A stretch of 64,000 nt of DNA, taken from assembly GCA_035193785.1 (NCBI GenBank), contig CP136572.1, positions 4,948,578 to 5,012,577 on the forward strand, written 5' to 3'. The notes beneath the pieces are model-generated. The model was not told the DNA's origin. It did no database searches and saw only the letters and a list, made by a program, of their open reading frames with translations. Below, one piece after another: positions 23,721 to 35,787 of this stretch. Made by a program: the position numbers and the translations under genes. This DNA comes from Planktothrix sp. GU0601_MAG3 (GTDB lineage Bacteria; Cyanobacteriota; Cyanobacteriia; Cyanobacteriales; Microcoleaceae). Within the stretch, counting starts at the first letter, position 1, and the number at the start of each line of letters is the position of its first letter.

Positions 23721-25574
23721 TTATTTTGTTAGGCTATTCCCGCATAAATCGGGAAATTCAATGGTAAAAGTGGTAAGATTTTGGCTGCTTTCCACTTGAA
23801 TTGTCCCGTTTAATTGTTCCACTAACTTTTGAACCAAAGCCAACCCTAAACCCGTTCCTCCCTGTTTCCATGGGTCTGCATTCGGAACTCGATAAAACTT
23901 CTCAAAAATTCGGGGAAGTTCTTTTTCAGGAATTTCGACTGGGTTGCGAATCACAATTTGTAAGGGGTCAGAAATGGCGGGAGAGGGTAGAGAAATATTC
24001 TGTTTTTTTGTTTTACGTTTGTTTTTAGTTGTTGAAGTTAATTCTCGCCAATTAGATACGGAAAGATAATGAATTCCTAAGAAAATTTCTCCTCCGTTTG
24101 GTGTATATTTACAGGCATTATTTAATAATTCTGCTAGAATTCTTTCCAAACTATTAGAATTAGTTATGATCGGCTTTAAATCTGGATAATACTGGACATT
24201 AAATACCTGATTTCGTTCTTGAGTACGAGAATAAAAAGGATTAATAATATTAGGCAACCATTCTAATAAATCTAAATTTTCCAGGGTAATAGGTGCAGAG
24301 GAAGATTCTAAACGTTGCAAATCCAATAAATCATTAATTAAATTGGTTTCCCGCAGACATTCCGATTCTAATATTTCTAAATATTTTTGACCTCGCTCTG
24401 AATTGGGAGCAATTTTTAACATATGAATAGCCATTTTCATATTTGCCAAAGGAGTGCGGAGTTCATGGGAAACCGTACTCAAAAAATCATCCTTGAGAAT
24501 ATTTAACTGTTGCAGTTCTTGAACCTTAGACGTGCGTTCTTGAACTTGTTTTTCTAGTTCAGCATTACGGGTTTTTAACAGTTCCAATTTTTCCGTTTGC
24601 AGTTGATTTACCGATTGCTGTAATTGTTTAACAACCCGATACATTTCCGTCGGGTCAAGCATTCTTAATAAACTAACCTGTGTAATTATTCCTAATAACT
24701 CTCCTTCATCACCACAAACTATTAGTCGTTGTACCTGTTGCTTTTGCATTTCTTGATGTGCCATCCATAAAGAATCCTTAGTTTTTAAATAAAAGGATAA
24801 ATTTTTCATCACCGTTGTGGCTGGAGTCCCCGTTAAATCTAATTCTAAAAATTGTGCCTCCACAATATCCTGTTCCGTCACTAATCCAATCGGCGTTAAT
24901 TTATTCAGAGTTTCTGTTTGAAAAACAACTACACAACTGGCTTGATGGGCAGCCATCATTTGTGCTAAACTTAATACTGATGTTGTTACCGGAGCCGTAA
25001 TCACTTGGGTGATAATTTCATCTCCAACTCGTCGTAATCTTAAAATATTAGCAGGTTGTAAAACCCGACGAATTCTTTCTGGAGTAATCACTCCTACCAA
25101 TTGTCCCCGACTATCTAAAACAGGTAAATGCGAAATTTGATGTTGTCGAAATAAGGATAAAGCCGTAAAAATATCTTGATCATCAGATTCTGTTAAACTA
25201 ACAGATATTGGAGACATAATTTCAGCAACTCTGATGATATTGAGATTTTTTTTTCTGTCAGGATCAGAAATTTCTGTTGCTATTAACTTCACAATATCCC
25301 GTTCGGTGATAATTCCTAAAACCGCAGCCCCGTGAGGTTGTTCATCGGCAAGTACAGGAAGAACTTTTTCTGAGTTTTCAGCGATGACTAAAACACAGCT
25401 TGCCCGGGATTCTTCCACTAAAGAAATATCGGAATTTAGAGGGCAACAATTTTGAGATTGACCCAATATTTTAATCACATCCGCTAAACAAGTTTCCGGT
25501 GTTACAATAAATGGATTCCGATCAATGGCTTGTTCTAAAGCAGATGAATAGCGCACAGATTGGTAAAATTCCAT
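23721..25574 (-). CDS. CBS-domain sensor histidine kinase
   Basis: Repeated GIITERD-type CBS motifs; [13 protein letters not shown] and GTGLGL boxes. Confidence 0.92.
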   Translation of the reverse strand: MEFYQSVRYSSALEQAIDRNPFIVTPETCLADVIKILGQSQNCCPLNSDISLVEESRASCVLVIAENSEKVLPVLADEQPHGAAVLGIITERDIVKLIATEISDPDRKKNLNIIRVAEIMSPISVSLTESDDQDIFTALSLFRQHQISHLPVLDSRGQLVGVITPERIRRVLQPANILRLRRVGDEIITQVITAPVTTSVLSLAQMMAAHQASCVVVFQTETLNKLTPIGLVTEQDIVEAQFLELDLTGTPATTVMKNLSFYLKTKDSLWMAHQEMQKQQVQRLIVCGDEGELLGIITQVSLLRMLDPTEMYRVVKQLQQSVNQLQTEKLELLKTRNAELEKQVQERTSKVQELQQLNILKDDFLSTVSHELRTPLANMKMAIHMLKIAPNSERGQKYLEILESECLRETNLINDLLDLQRLESSSAPITLENLDLLEWLPNIINPFYSRTQERNQVFNVQYYPDLKPIITNSNSLERILAELLNNACKYTPNGGEIFLGIHYLSVSNWRELTSTTKNKRKTKKQNISLPSPAISDPLQIVIRNPVEIPEKELPRIFEKFYRVPNADPWKQGGTGLGLALVQKLVEQLNGTIQVESSQNLTTFTIEFPDLCGNSLTK

Positions 25575-25694
25575 AACGATACTCTAAAATGGTTTGTGGG
25601 AAGAAACACAGGATTTTTCACCTTATAAACTTAGCCGGAGATGAGGCTATTAAATCTCTAATCAGTTTAACTTTATTCAAAAATACAGATAATT

Positions 25695-26348
25695 ATGATT
25701 ATATCAGTTAATGAAAAAAAATTTTGGGAAGAACGCTATCAAGGAGGAAACACAGGCTGGGACTTAGGAGAACCCGCCCCACCACTTGTTAGGTTTTTGC
25801 AATCTTCCGAGGCTCCACCCCCGGGAAAAACTGCGGTTTTAGGCTGTGGACGGGGTTATGATGCCCTATTATTTGCTAGTTATGGATTTCAGGTGATTGG
25901 GTTCGATTTTGCGGCTTCTGCAATTAAAGACGCATTAGAATATCAACAATTATTAATCAATAAATCGTCAATTTTAAAGGGAGCAGGAAAATATTTACCC
26001 ACTTCAGCGCAATTTTTACAACAGGATATTTTTGACTTACCAAAGGAGTTTTTAGGACAGTTTGATTATGTAATTGAACATACTTGTTTCTGTGCTATTT
26101 CCCCAGATAAACGCCCTAGTTATGTAGAATTAATTGAATCAATTCTGCAACCCGATGGGCAATTATTCGGGTTATTTTTTACCCATTCCCGTGCTGGAGG
26201 GCCACCTTTTGGGATCACCCCGGCGGAAATTCGACAATATTTTCAAGGGAAATTTCAGATTCTCTCCCTCCATCTCGTAACTGAATCAACGCCTAGCCGC
26301 CAAGGGGAAGAACATTGGGGACATTTTGCGCTTGATCAAAAACTCTAG
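25695..26348 (+). CDS. TPMT/thiol methyltransferase family SAM-dependent methyltransferase
   Basis: FWEERY..WDLG, GCGRGYD, EHTCFCAI, GGPPFG motifs. Confidence 0.9.
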   Translation: MIISVNEKKFWEERYQGGNTGWDLGEPAPPLVRFLQSSEAPPPGKTAVLGCGRGYDALLFASYGFQVIGFDFAASAIKDALEYQQLLINKSSILKGAGKYLPTSAQFLQQDIFDLPKEFLGQFDYVIEHTCFCAISPDKRPSYVELIESILQPDGQLFGLFFTHSRAGGPPFGITPAEIRQYFQGKFQILSLHLVTESTPSRQGEEHWGHFALDQKL

Positions 26349-26417
26349 CAATTCGTTCTGCAAATTTTTTCTAATTTGACTATAATAAGTAAAGATTTAG
26401 CCAAACCTGAGTTACAA

Positions 26418-27101
26418 ATGAGTCAACCATTGAATTTAGAAAATATTGCCGATCAGTTAGATAGTAAAAACTTACGAGATCGTCTATTAGCCCTAGCTTC
26501 TTTGCGAAATATTCCTCCAGAGGATGCGGTTCCTTTAATTAAAAAAGTGCTAAATGATGAAAGTTTGCAAGTCCGATCTATGGCAATCTTTGCCCTAGGA
26601 ATTAAACCGACGGAAGAATGCTATTTTCTGTTGGTGAAACTATTAGAAACTGACCCCGATTATGGGGCGAGAGCCGATGCAGCAGGTGCCTTGGGTTATT
26701 TAGGAGATATTCGAGCATTTGAACCTTTAGTTAGAGCTTTTTATGAGGACACAGATTGGCTAGTTAGATTTAGTGCGGCGGTCTCCCTGGGAAACTTAAA
26801 AGATATTCGCGCCCGGGATGTTTTGTTAGCCGCATTAGAGAGTGATGAGGTGATTTTACATCAAGCTGCAATTGCCGCAATCGGAGAAATTCAAGATGTT
26901 GAATCGGTTGATAAAATTTTGCGATTTGCTCAATCTGAAGATTGGTTAGTTCGGCAACGATTAGCTGAAGCCTTGGGTAATCTGGTTACACCAAAAAGCC
27001 TTTCTGCTTTGAATTATTTAGCTAAAGATAGTCATAATCAAGTTTCTGAATCGGCTAAAATTTCCATAGAGCGGCTACAACAAGCGGGGTTAAAACCTTA
27101 A
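26418..27101 (+). CDS. nblB: HEAT-repeat phycobilisome degradation protein NblB-like
   Basis: VRSMAIFALG, RADAAGALGYL, EDTDWLVRFSAAVSLGNL. Confidence 0.8.
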   Translation: MSQPLNLENIADQLDSKNLRDRLLALASLRNIPPEDAVPLIKKVLNDESLQVRSMAIFALGIKPTEECYFLLVKLLETDPDYGARADAAGALGYLGDIRAFEPLVRAFYEDTDWLVRFSAAVSLGNLKDIRARDVLLAALESDEVILHQAAIAAIGEIQDVESVDKILRFAQSEDWLVRQRLAEALGNLVTPKSLSALNYLAKDSHNQVSESAKISIERLQQAGLKP

Positions 27102-27209
27102 GGATTTGATCAGCAGGGAATGGAGAATATATTGACAAATGAACCCTAATATTAGACGATAGATTTTCAGTTTCTATGTTCAAATCAAAAGTTATCGTTA
27201 AATCAGCCT

Positions 27210-28512
27210 ATGACTTCTCCATTCCCTTCTCGGAAAAAACCTAAAGTTCTCCAATTATTCTTTTTCAGTTTTGTGGTTTTATTTCTGGCTAGTACCTCGG
27301 CAATTCTCGGGGCAATGACGGCCCTATTAACTCCCGAAAAATTTGATTTTACTGAGCCGGAATCCAATATTTTAGATGGGTTATGGCAACATCGGTTTAA
27401 ATATAGTTTATCTCGTCCAGTTAATATTTTAGTCTTGGGAATTGATGGCAACCCTAACAGTTCTTCCGCCTCTCCCGATCTGTTTAAAGGTCGCAGTGAT
27501 ACGGTGTTATTTGTCAATTTTCAACCCCAGGATAAATCCGTAAGTCTGTTATCAATACCCCGGGATACTCAGGTTTCAAATTCCAGGTTATGGTACGGGA
27601 AAAATTAATGAAGCTAATTATTGGGGTGGCCCTAAATTAGCAAAAGAAGTGATTCAAAATATTTTAAATAAAGTTGAAGTCAACCGTTATATTCGGGTTA
27701 GTAGCGGTGCATTTAGAGAATTAGTTAATTCTTTAGGAGGAGTAGAAGTTTATATTCCCCAACCCATGTCCTATCAAGATAAAACCCAAAAATTAAAAAT
27801 TGATTTAGCTCCCGGTTGGCAAACAATTAATGGCGAACAGGCGGATCAATTTGTGCGGTTTCGGGGGGATGGTTATGGAGATTTAGGTCGGGTACAGCGT
27901 CAACAAGCATTAATGGAAGCGATTTTAGTTCGACTTAAAGATCCGACGGTTTTACCTCGTGTTCCTGAAATTATTCGGATTATGCAAAAATATATTGATA
28001 CCAATTTAAACTTTGAGGAAATTTTAACTTTAGTTAATTTTGGTTTGAATCTGGAACCCCAGAATTTTAAAATGGTAATGTTACCTGGTCGCTCTAGTTC
28101 TGAGGATTTTAATAGTAGTTATTGGTTAATTGATGAGCGGGGACGCGATCGGGTTATGTATCAATATTTTCGTTTAGATTCAACCGGATACACCTTAAAA
28201 AGTGCCTACGAACCTTCAGCTTATGAAACTTTATCCAAGGATTTAAAAATTGCGATTCAAAATGTTTCTAGTAATCCTAAATCCGCAGAGAAAATGCTCA
28301 ATTTTTTAGCCGACCAAGGATTTAGTCAAGTTTATTTAGCTCCGACTGAATCCACTCAACAACTGAAAACCCAAATTATTGTTCAAGGCGGAGATTTGGG
28401 GGCGGCTAAACTAATGCAAAAAAACCTGGGTTTAGGTGAGCTTAAATCCTCCTCCACGGGGGAAATTGGCTCGGATTTAACCATTAGGGTCGGAGAAGAT
28501 TGGATCAATTGA
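27210..28512 (+). CDS. LCP (LytR-CpsA-Psr) family protein, +1 insertion at 27573-27577
   Basis: NILVLGID, RSDT, LSIPRDT, DLGRVQRQQ motifs and a LytR_C-like tail. Confidence 0.92.
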
Positions 28513-28640
28513 TTAACAATCTAGGGATTTGCTCTTATCACCCAATTCGGGATTGGCAAATCCTCGAATAAAATATGACAATCTATCGAAAATTGCTATA
28601 CAATATAAAGTAGTTGTTAAGAAAATTCCGATGGATGTCT

Positions 28641-30126
28641 ATGACTGCTAATGCACCTGTTAAAACGGATTACGAAGCGATTATTGGGTTAGAAACCCAT
28701 TGTCAATTGAACACAGACACCAAGATTTTCTCCAATTCTTCGACGAAATTTGGAGCCGATCCTAATATGAATATTGATCCCATTTGTATGGGATTACCTG
28801 GTGTACTACCTGTATTAAATGAAAAAGTTTTAGAATATGCAGTAAAAGCCGGGTTAGCCCTGAATTGTGAAATTGCACCCTACAGTAAATTTGATCGCAA
28901 ACAATATTTTTATCCTGATTTGCCCAAAAATTATCAAATTTCTCAATATGATTTACCCATTGCCATAAATGGTCATTTAGAAATTGAAATTGTCGATGAA
29001 GATGGTAGTTTCCACTCGCAAAACTATTGGGATTACTCGCTTACATATTGAAGAAGATGCGGGAAAATTAGTCCATGGCGGCAGCGATCGGCTTTCCGGT
29101 TCCACCTATTCCATGGTTGATTATAACCGGGCTGGAATTGCTTTAGCTGAAATTGTATCTGAACCGGATATTCGCTCGGGACAAGAAGCCGCCGAATATG
29201 CCCAAGAATTGCGTCGCATTGTGCGTTATTTGGGCGTGAGTGATGGCAATATGCAAGAGGGTTCCCTGCGATGTGATGTTAATATTTCCGTGCGTCCGGT
29301 GGGGCAAAAAGAGTTCGGAACTAAAGTTGAAATCAAAAATATGAACTCTTTTAGTGCTATCCAACGGGCAATTGATCATGAAATCGAACGGCAAATTAAG
29401 GCGATTGAAACCGGGGAAGAAATTTTTCAAGAAACCCGTTTATGGGAAGAGGGAAGTCAACGGACAATTAGTATGCGGAAAAAAGAAGGAGCAAGCGATT
29501 ATCGCTATTTTCCTGAACCCGATTTGCCGCCAATTCAAGTATCTGCTGAACAATTAAAAACCTGGAAATCTCAATTACCCGAACTCCCAGCAGAAAAACG
29601 CCATCGCTATGAATCAGAATTAGGATTATCCCCCTATGATACCCGTGTATTAACGGATGATCACCCGATTTCTGAATATTTTGAAGCCACAATTGCCGCC
29701 GGAGCTAATATTAAACAAGCGGTAAATTGGATTATGGGTGATATTACTGCCCATATAAAAAATGAAAAATGCAGTGTAACTGAAATCGCTTTAAAACCGG
29801 AAGGATTAGCAGAATTAATTGCTTTAATTGAAGCCGGAACTATTAGCGGTAAAATTGCTAAGGATTTATTACCCGAACTCTTAACCCAAGGTGGATCTCC
29901 TAAAGCATTAGTTGAAGCAAAAGGATTAATTCAATTATCCGATCCTAAAGCATTAGCAGAAATTATTGATCAAGTTTTGCTAGAAAATCCCAAGGAATTA
30001 GAACAATATCACGCAGGGAAAACCAAACTCCAAGGATTTTTTGTCGGTCAAATTATGAAAAAAACTGGCGGACGGGCTGACCCAAAACTCACCAATCAAA
30101 TCTTAGGAGAAAAACTCAAAAAATAA
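28641..30126 (+). CDS. gatB: Asp-tRNA(Asn)/Glu-tRNA(Gln) amidotransferase subunit B, +1 insertion at 29008-29012
   Basis: [41 protein letters not shown] motifs. Confidence 0.97.
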
Positions 30127-30133
30127 ATAGTTT

Positions 30134-30172
30134 CTTCAGGTTAGGTTGGAATAATTCTCAACCCAACCTGAA
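30134..30172. terminator. hairpin between convergent genes
   Basis: TTCAGGTTAGGTTG...CAACCCAACCTGAA inverted repeat. Confidence 0.6.
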
Positions 30173-30181
30173 ATTTTAAGA

Positions 30182-30433
30182 TCAATCAGATTTAGGACTA
30201 AAAAATAATTGGTTAACTTTACTAATTACCCAACTCAAAATTGCTCCTCCCATTAAAATTCCAATCGCGGGAGTAAATACAGGTTGCCAAAGTTTATACC
30301 ATAAATCCAATCCGAGATTGAGTTTAAAAGAATTGCCTAAAACCGCAATTACCAACCAAAAAAAACTAAATAATACAAAAAAAACATTTGCCACCAAAAC
30401 TAGATTCAACCATTTAATCAATTGTTCTTTCAT
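30182..30433 (-). CDS. small hypothetical membrane protein
   Basis: 83 aa with two hydrophobic segments. Confidence 0.7.
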   Translation of the reverse strand: MKEQLIKWLNLVLVANVFFVLFSFFWLVIAVLGNSFKLNLGLDLWYKLWQPVFTPAIGILMGGAILSWVISKVNQLFFSPKSD

Positions 30434-30595
30434 AGTTCAAACTCAATAAAAATTATATCAATCTATTTGATCTTGATTATATTTTAAGGGTTAGGGGGAT
30501 TTTTTTGCAAATATTAATTCAAAATTTGTAGACAAACTTAACCTAATCTTTGTTACAATAGATCCTAGCAGTTATAGCAGGCAGTCTGTGTTAAT

Positions 30596-31090
30596 ATGGT
30601 TCGCTACACCCTAGCTCAAAGTCCCGAAATCGTTCTTACCATCCGAGGCAAAGATTCATCTCAAGCCCGGGAGAAAGCGATGGACAAACTGATGGAATTG
30701 ATAGACGCGGGTAAACTACCAACGGAATTGGAAGAAGGCTTTAGTCCCCAACAGTTCATCGAAGTCAAGGAGCCCGATGATAGTCCCTTAGAAGAAGAAG
30801 ATGCTATTTCCGAAGCCGTGCAAATTCTGAGTAATTTGGCTTCCTTGAAATTAAAGATGATGGAATCAAGAGAAGAAGCCCTAAAAGTGCGAGAATCTAT
30901 TGATATTCTGTTCACAGATCAACCCGTGACTGTAGAAGAAATAACCGAATTAAAAGACGGCTTTAAGGTGTTAAAAAATTTCGCGGTTTCCAATCTTAGA
31001 TATCGAGAAGCTAGGGGCAAAGCGGAAGAAGCCAGAGCCGTTTTAGATGAAGCATTAAAATCTTCCGAAACCCGAACCAAAACCAGATAA
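30596..31090 (+). CDS. conserved hypothetical protein
   Basis: 164-aa ORF with ATG start and acidic/coiled-coil composition. Confidence 0.75.
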   Translation: MVRYTLAQSPEIVLTIRGKDSSQAREKAMDKLMELIDAGKLPTELEEGFSPQQFIEVKEPDDSPLEEEDAISEAVQILSNLASLKLKMMESREEALKVRESIDILFTDQPVTVEEITELKDGFKVLKNFAVSNLRYREARGKAEEARAVLDEALKSSETRTKTR

Positions 31091-31228
31091 TCCCCAGGGG
31101 AAAAAAGATAAAAAATAACTTTAAAATAGGGAATGGGGAATAGGCAATGGGCAATAGTGATGAATTTTTCGAGTATTCTAATAAGAGCAGTAATCATTAT
31201 TTCCTCTTTTCCTAAAACCCATTATCGA

Positions 31229-31597
31229 TCACGGATTTAAAAAGATTACGCAGATTAACACAGATTAAAATCCGTGAAATCCGCGAAATCCCCCTAAATC
31301 CGCGATCCCGATTACCGCTCACGGATTCAAAAGGATTACGAAAATTAACACATATTAAAATCCGTGAAATCCTTGAAATCCCCCTAAATCCGCGATCCCG
31401 ATTACCGCTCACGGATTCAAAAGGATTACGAAAATTAACACATATTAAAATCCGTGAAATCCTTGAAATCCCCCTAAATCCGCGATCCCGATTACCGCTC
31501 ACGGATTTAAAAGGATTAGGAAAATTAACACATATTAAAATCCGTGAAATCCGCGAAATCCCCCTAAATCCGCGATCCCGATTACCGCTCACAGATT
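31229..31597. repeat. tandem array of four 90-bp hairpin-forming units plus a partial fifth
   Basis: Units start at 31229, 31319, 31409 and 31499; each has TCACGGATT...AATCCGTGA arms. Confidence 0.95.
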
Positions 31598-31607
31598 GAG
31601 GTAGATT

Positions 31608-32366
31608 ATGAAATTACCCCTGACTTGGAATCTTCCCGTCACAATTTCCGATCGCTTAGGTCAAAAAAGTTTTGGCAAACAACGGGCGATTGTAGCAGAA
31701 GATAACCTATTATTAGTATTACATAAAGCCCCAGAACCCGGCGATCGCAATCGAGATGCCGTATTATTTTGGCGAAAACCCGATGGCCGTTGGGAATGCA
31801 GTAAAGGTGGTGTGGCACTGCAACAATTAACCAATCATATTAAAGAGTATAATTCAGCCGAAGAAGAATTAAATCAATTCTATAAAATTGCTAAAACCGC
31901 CGAAGATTATTTTACACTATTAGAAGCGATTACCCCCCTACAGTTAGCAATAGAAAACCTGCACGCCACCTTACAAACCGCTAGAGAAGCTATCCCTCAA
32001 GATCGAGATCTAATTGATTTCAGAGATGGAGCCTATGAAATTGAACGCACCCTAGATATCCTTTATACTAACACAAAAAATGCCCTAGATTTCAAAGTTG
32101 CCAAAGAAACAGAATCCGCAACTAAAGCCGCCCATCGCCTTAATACCTTAGCCTCAATTTTCTTACCCCTGACGGCAATTTCCTGTGTATTTGGGATGAA
32201 TTTAACCAGTGGTCTTGAATCCCAATCTATCCTAATATTTTGGATAATTTTTTTAGCCGGAATCTGGTTAGGATTAGTAGTCAGACAATGGGTGCTTACC
32301 GGAAAAATTTCTCAATTAAGTTTCAGCAAATTAGCAATAGATTTAAAACGAGAATTATCAGATTAG
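31608..32366 (+). CDS. CorA-like C-terminal domain membrane protein
   Basis: LNTLASIFLPLTAISCVFGMN (GMN motif) followed by a TM helix. Confidence 0.75.
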   Translation: MKLPLTWNLPVTISDRLGQKSFGKQRAIVAEDNLLLVLHKAPEPGDRNRDAVLFWRKPDGRWECSKGGVALQQLTNHIKEYNSAEEELNQFYKIAKTAEDYFTLLEAITPLQLAIENLHATLQTAREAIPQDRDLIDFRDGAYEIERTLDILYTNTKNALDFKVAKETESATKAAHRLNTLASIFLPLTAISCVFGMNLTSGLESQSILIFWIIFLAGIWLGLVVRQWVLTGKISQLSFSKLAIDLKRELSD

Positions 32367-32522
32367 ACAGGTTTATGCAGACCAACCCATCACCCCATGT
32401 TGCCCATAGCCGATAGACTATTCCCCATTCCCTATTATTTAACTTGTCAGCGCCAGGATGAGTTTTAATGATATGATGGAAGTTTTGCATACTCACCAAA
32501 CAACCACCAAAGGAGAAGCCAA

Positions 32523-33519
<997 letters not shown>

Positions 33520-33523
33520 ATTA

Positions 33524-33754
33524 GCAGGGGGAGTAGGGGGAGGAGGAGCAGGGGGAGCAGGGGGAGTGGAGGAGCAGGGGGAGTGGAGGAGTGGAGGAGT
33601 GGAGGAGCAGGGGGAGTAATTATTTATTCCTAACTTCTAACTTCTAACTTCTAACTCCTAACTCCTAACTTCTAACTCCTAACTCCTAACTTCTAACTTC
33701 TAACTCCTTCCCTCCCCTGCTCCCCCTGCCTCCCCTGCTCCCCCTACTGCCTCC
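33524..33754. repeat. composite STRR: G-rich arm, (CTAACTY)n core, C-rich complementary arm
   Basis: GGAGCAGGGGG units on the left and CCCCCTGCTCC units on the right, between convergent genes. Confidence 0.85.
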
Positions 33755-33979
33755 CTATTTTACTGGCTGACCCTTATCAAGTTTTTCAATTTCTTTCTCC
33801 CGTTGTTCGTTAGTATCTTTAGGTTTTAACCACTGTGGCCATAAACTAACAACAAACTGACGACTGGTTTTACTGGCATCTCTGGCAGGTTTGGGCAAAA
33901 ATTTAAACGTATCGCCCGAGGAAATAAACAGAACAATTAAGGCGACGGCGCCCCAGCCCAGAATTTTTTTAGGAGTCAT
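33755..33979 (-). CDS. small hypothetical protein with N-terminal TM/signal segment
   Basis: 74-aa ORF with ATG start. Confidence 0.65.
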   Translation of the reverse strand: MTPKKILGWGAVALIVLFISSGDTFKFLPKPARDASKTSRQFVVSLWPQWLKPKDTNEQREKEIEKLDKGQPVK

Positions 33980-34065
33980 AAGCGATTTTTTAGATAGAGA
34001 TATTTATGGGATTTTATTGTAATCAAATTTGAAAATTTTGTACACCCTGACTATGATTATACCCA

Positions 34066-35743
34066 TTAATACTGAGTTTTTAATAAGTCTTCAATAAAAA
34101 CTTGAGTTTCCGGGGGAATATCAGTAATTAAACGCACCGGAAAAGCGGGAGTTGAGATAAATTGATAATATTCTGGAGTCAGGAATACCTGATATTTTTG
34201 GGCTTCGGGAGTCAGTTGGGCGGCGGTGGCTAAAACCATAGCTTTAGCATAATTCTTAACATCTTGTGAGGCATCTCCCACGATTTCACCCCCGGAAATG
34301 GGAGTCACAGGAATCCAACTTTGATCCCCAATAGTTCCAGGATCTCTGACACTTAAATGGGTGGCTCCTAAAACCCCTAATAATAATTTTTCGGTTTTAA
34401 TTTGGGGAAAAATAGCAATTTGTTCGGGTAAAGCGGGGGTGACTTTATCGGATGATTGGGTAAGAATTAAAGTAGGAACTTGAACTTGATTTAATCCTGT
34501 TTTTCCAAATATAACCGAAGCAGTGGGGGAAAATGCGATCGCCCGTTTAATTCGTGGGTCACTAAACCGATAACGATCATTTGGGAGTTTCTGCGGCTAA
34601 ACATTGGGTAGCTTTTCCCAGACTAAAGGTAATAAAACTCTGATCACAACTTTTCCTTAATTGATCAATTTGGAACTCTCCCCCAGCTAAAGCTAAAGCC
34701 GTTGCTCCGCCGAAAGAATATCCAAATACTAAAGTATTATTAGTATTAAATTTACCTTTAAATCTAGGATCATTTATATTCAATTTTTCTAATTCATTCA
34801 AGGTAAAAATCAAATCTTGGGGACGTTCGATAATTTCCGTGGGAGATAAAAATAAATTCTGATTTACAAAATTCGCGTTACTCCCGGGGTGTTCGGGCAC
34901 AATAACCGTATAGCCATGGGAGGCTAAATGTTCCATTAAATATCGTAATTCTTGATAATCAGAACCTCGACCATGGGAATAAAGAATTAAGGGTTGATCG
35001 GGTGTAGCTGCGGAGGAAGAATAAATATAAACCGGAATATTGCGATCGCGTTGTTTATCCAGTAATTCTATGCGAGTAATTTCCACTTTTCCTGGCCCGG
35101 GTTGACTAGGATCAAAAGGAATTGATGGAGCTTGAGATCCTTCAGGGGTGAGTTTAGGTAAGACCTCTAAAAGTAACCTTTGAGTTTGCCAAAATCCTTG
35201 ATTTAATCGTGTTAAAACCGCAAAAGCTTGCGGAAGATTAATCTCAATCGTCGGTAAAGGATAGTTTTCTAAAAAATTAATAACGGATAAGCCCTGTTCA
35301 GATTTAGCCGAAGACAGAATAGCTGTTTTAATCGCTGTTCCACCTTGAGATTTGTCCGCAGAAATAATCGTATCAATATCAGTTAATAATCTAGTTCCCA
35401 CTTGACTATTAACAATTTCTTCAACGGTTTCATCTTTAATTTTAATTTTAATGTTTAAAGCTCCTAAAGCCTGTTGCTTTTGTTCGGGCTTTAAAAAGCT
35501 AAAATAACCCAATAATCCCACAGGAACTTTCCCCGTTTCTGCAAATTCTTTTAAGTCTTTAACGGAAACCGTCGCATAAATAAATCCCTGTCTAATCACA
35601 ACGGATTCCGCCGCCAGCAGGGGGGGGGTAAACGGAGGAAAACCACTTAAAATAGTAGTTGTGAAAAGACTCAGGGGAAACAACAATTTTTTCCACTGGC
35701 GTTTGGCGCACTGTGCGGAAGCAGAAAGGGGAATTTGAACCAT
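34066..35743 (-). CDS. DUF1400-type N-domain alpha/beta hydrolase, +1 insertion at 34587-34591
   Basis: SHGRGS, EHPGSN, GYSFGG nucleophile motif, ATHLS in the downstream frame. Confidence 0.85.
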
Positions 35744-35787
35744 AATCAAAGATCTAGGTTAAACAATCCCAAAAGTTTAGCATCGAA

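Noticed and set aside
31212..31592. 126-aa repetitive ORF, and the idea that this array is a CRISPR
   Set aside because: The frame is open only because the unit is 90 bp; there are no unique spacers
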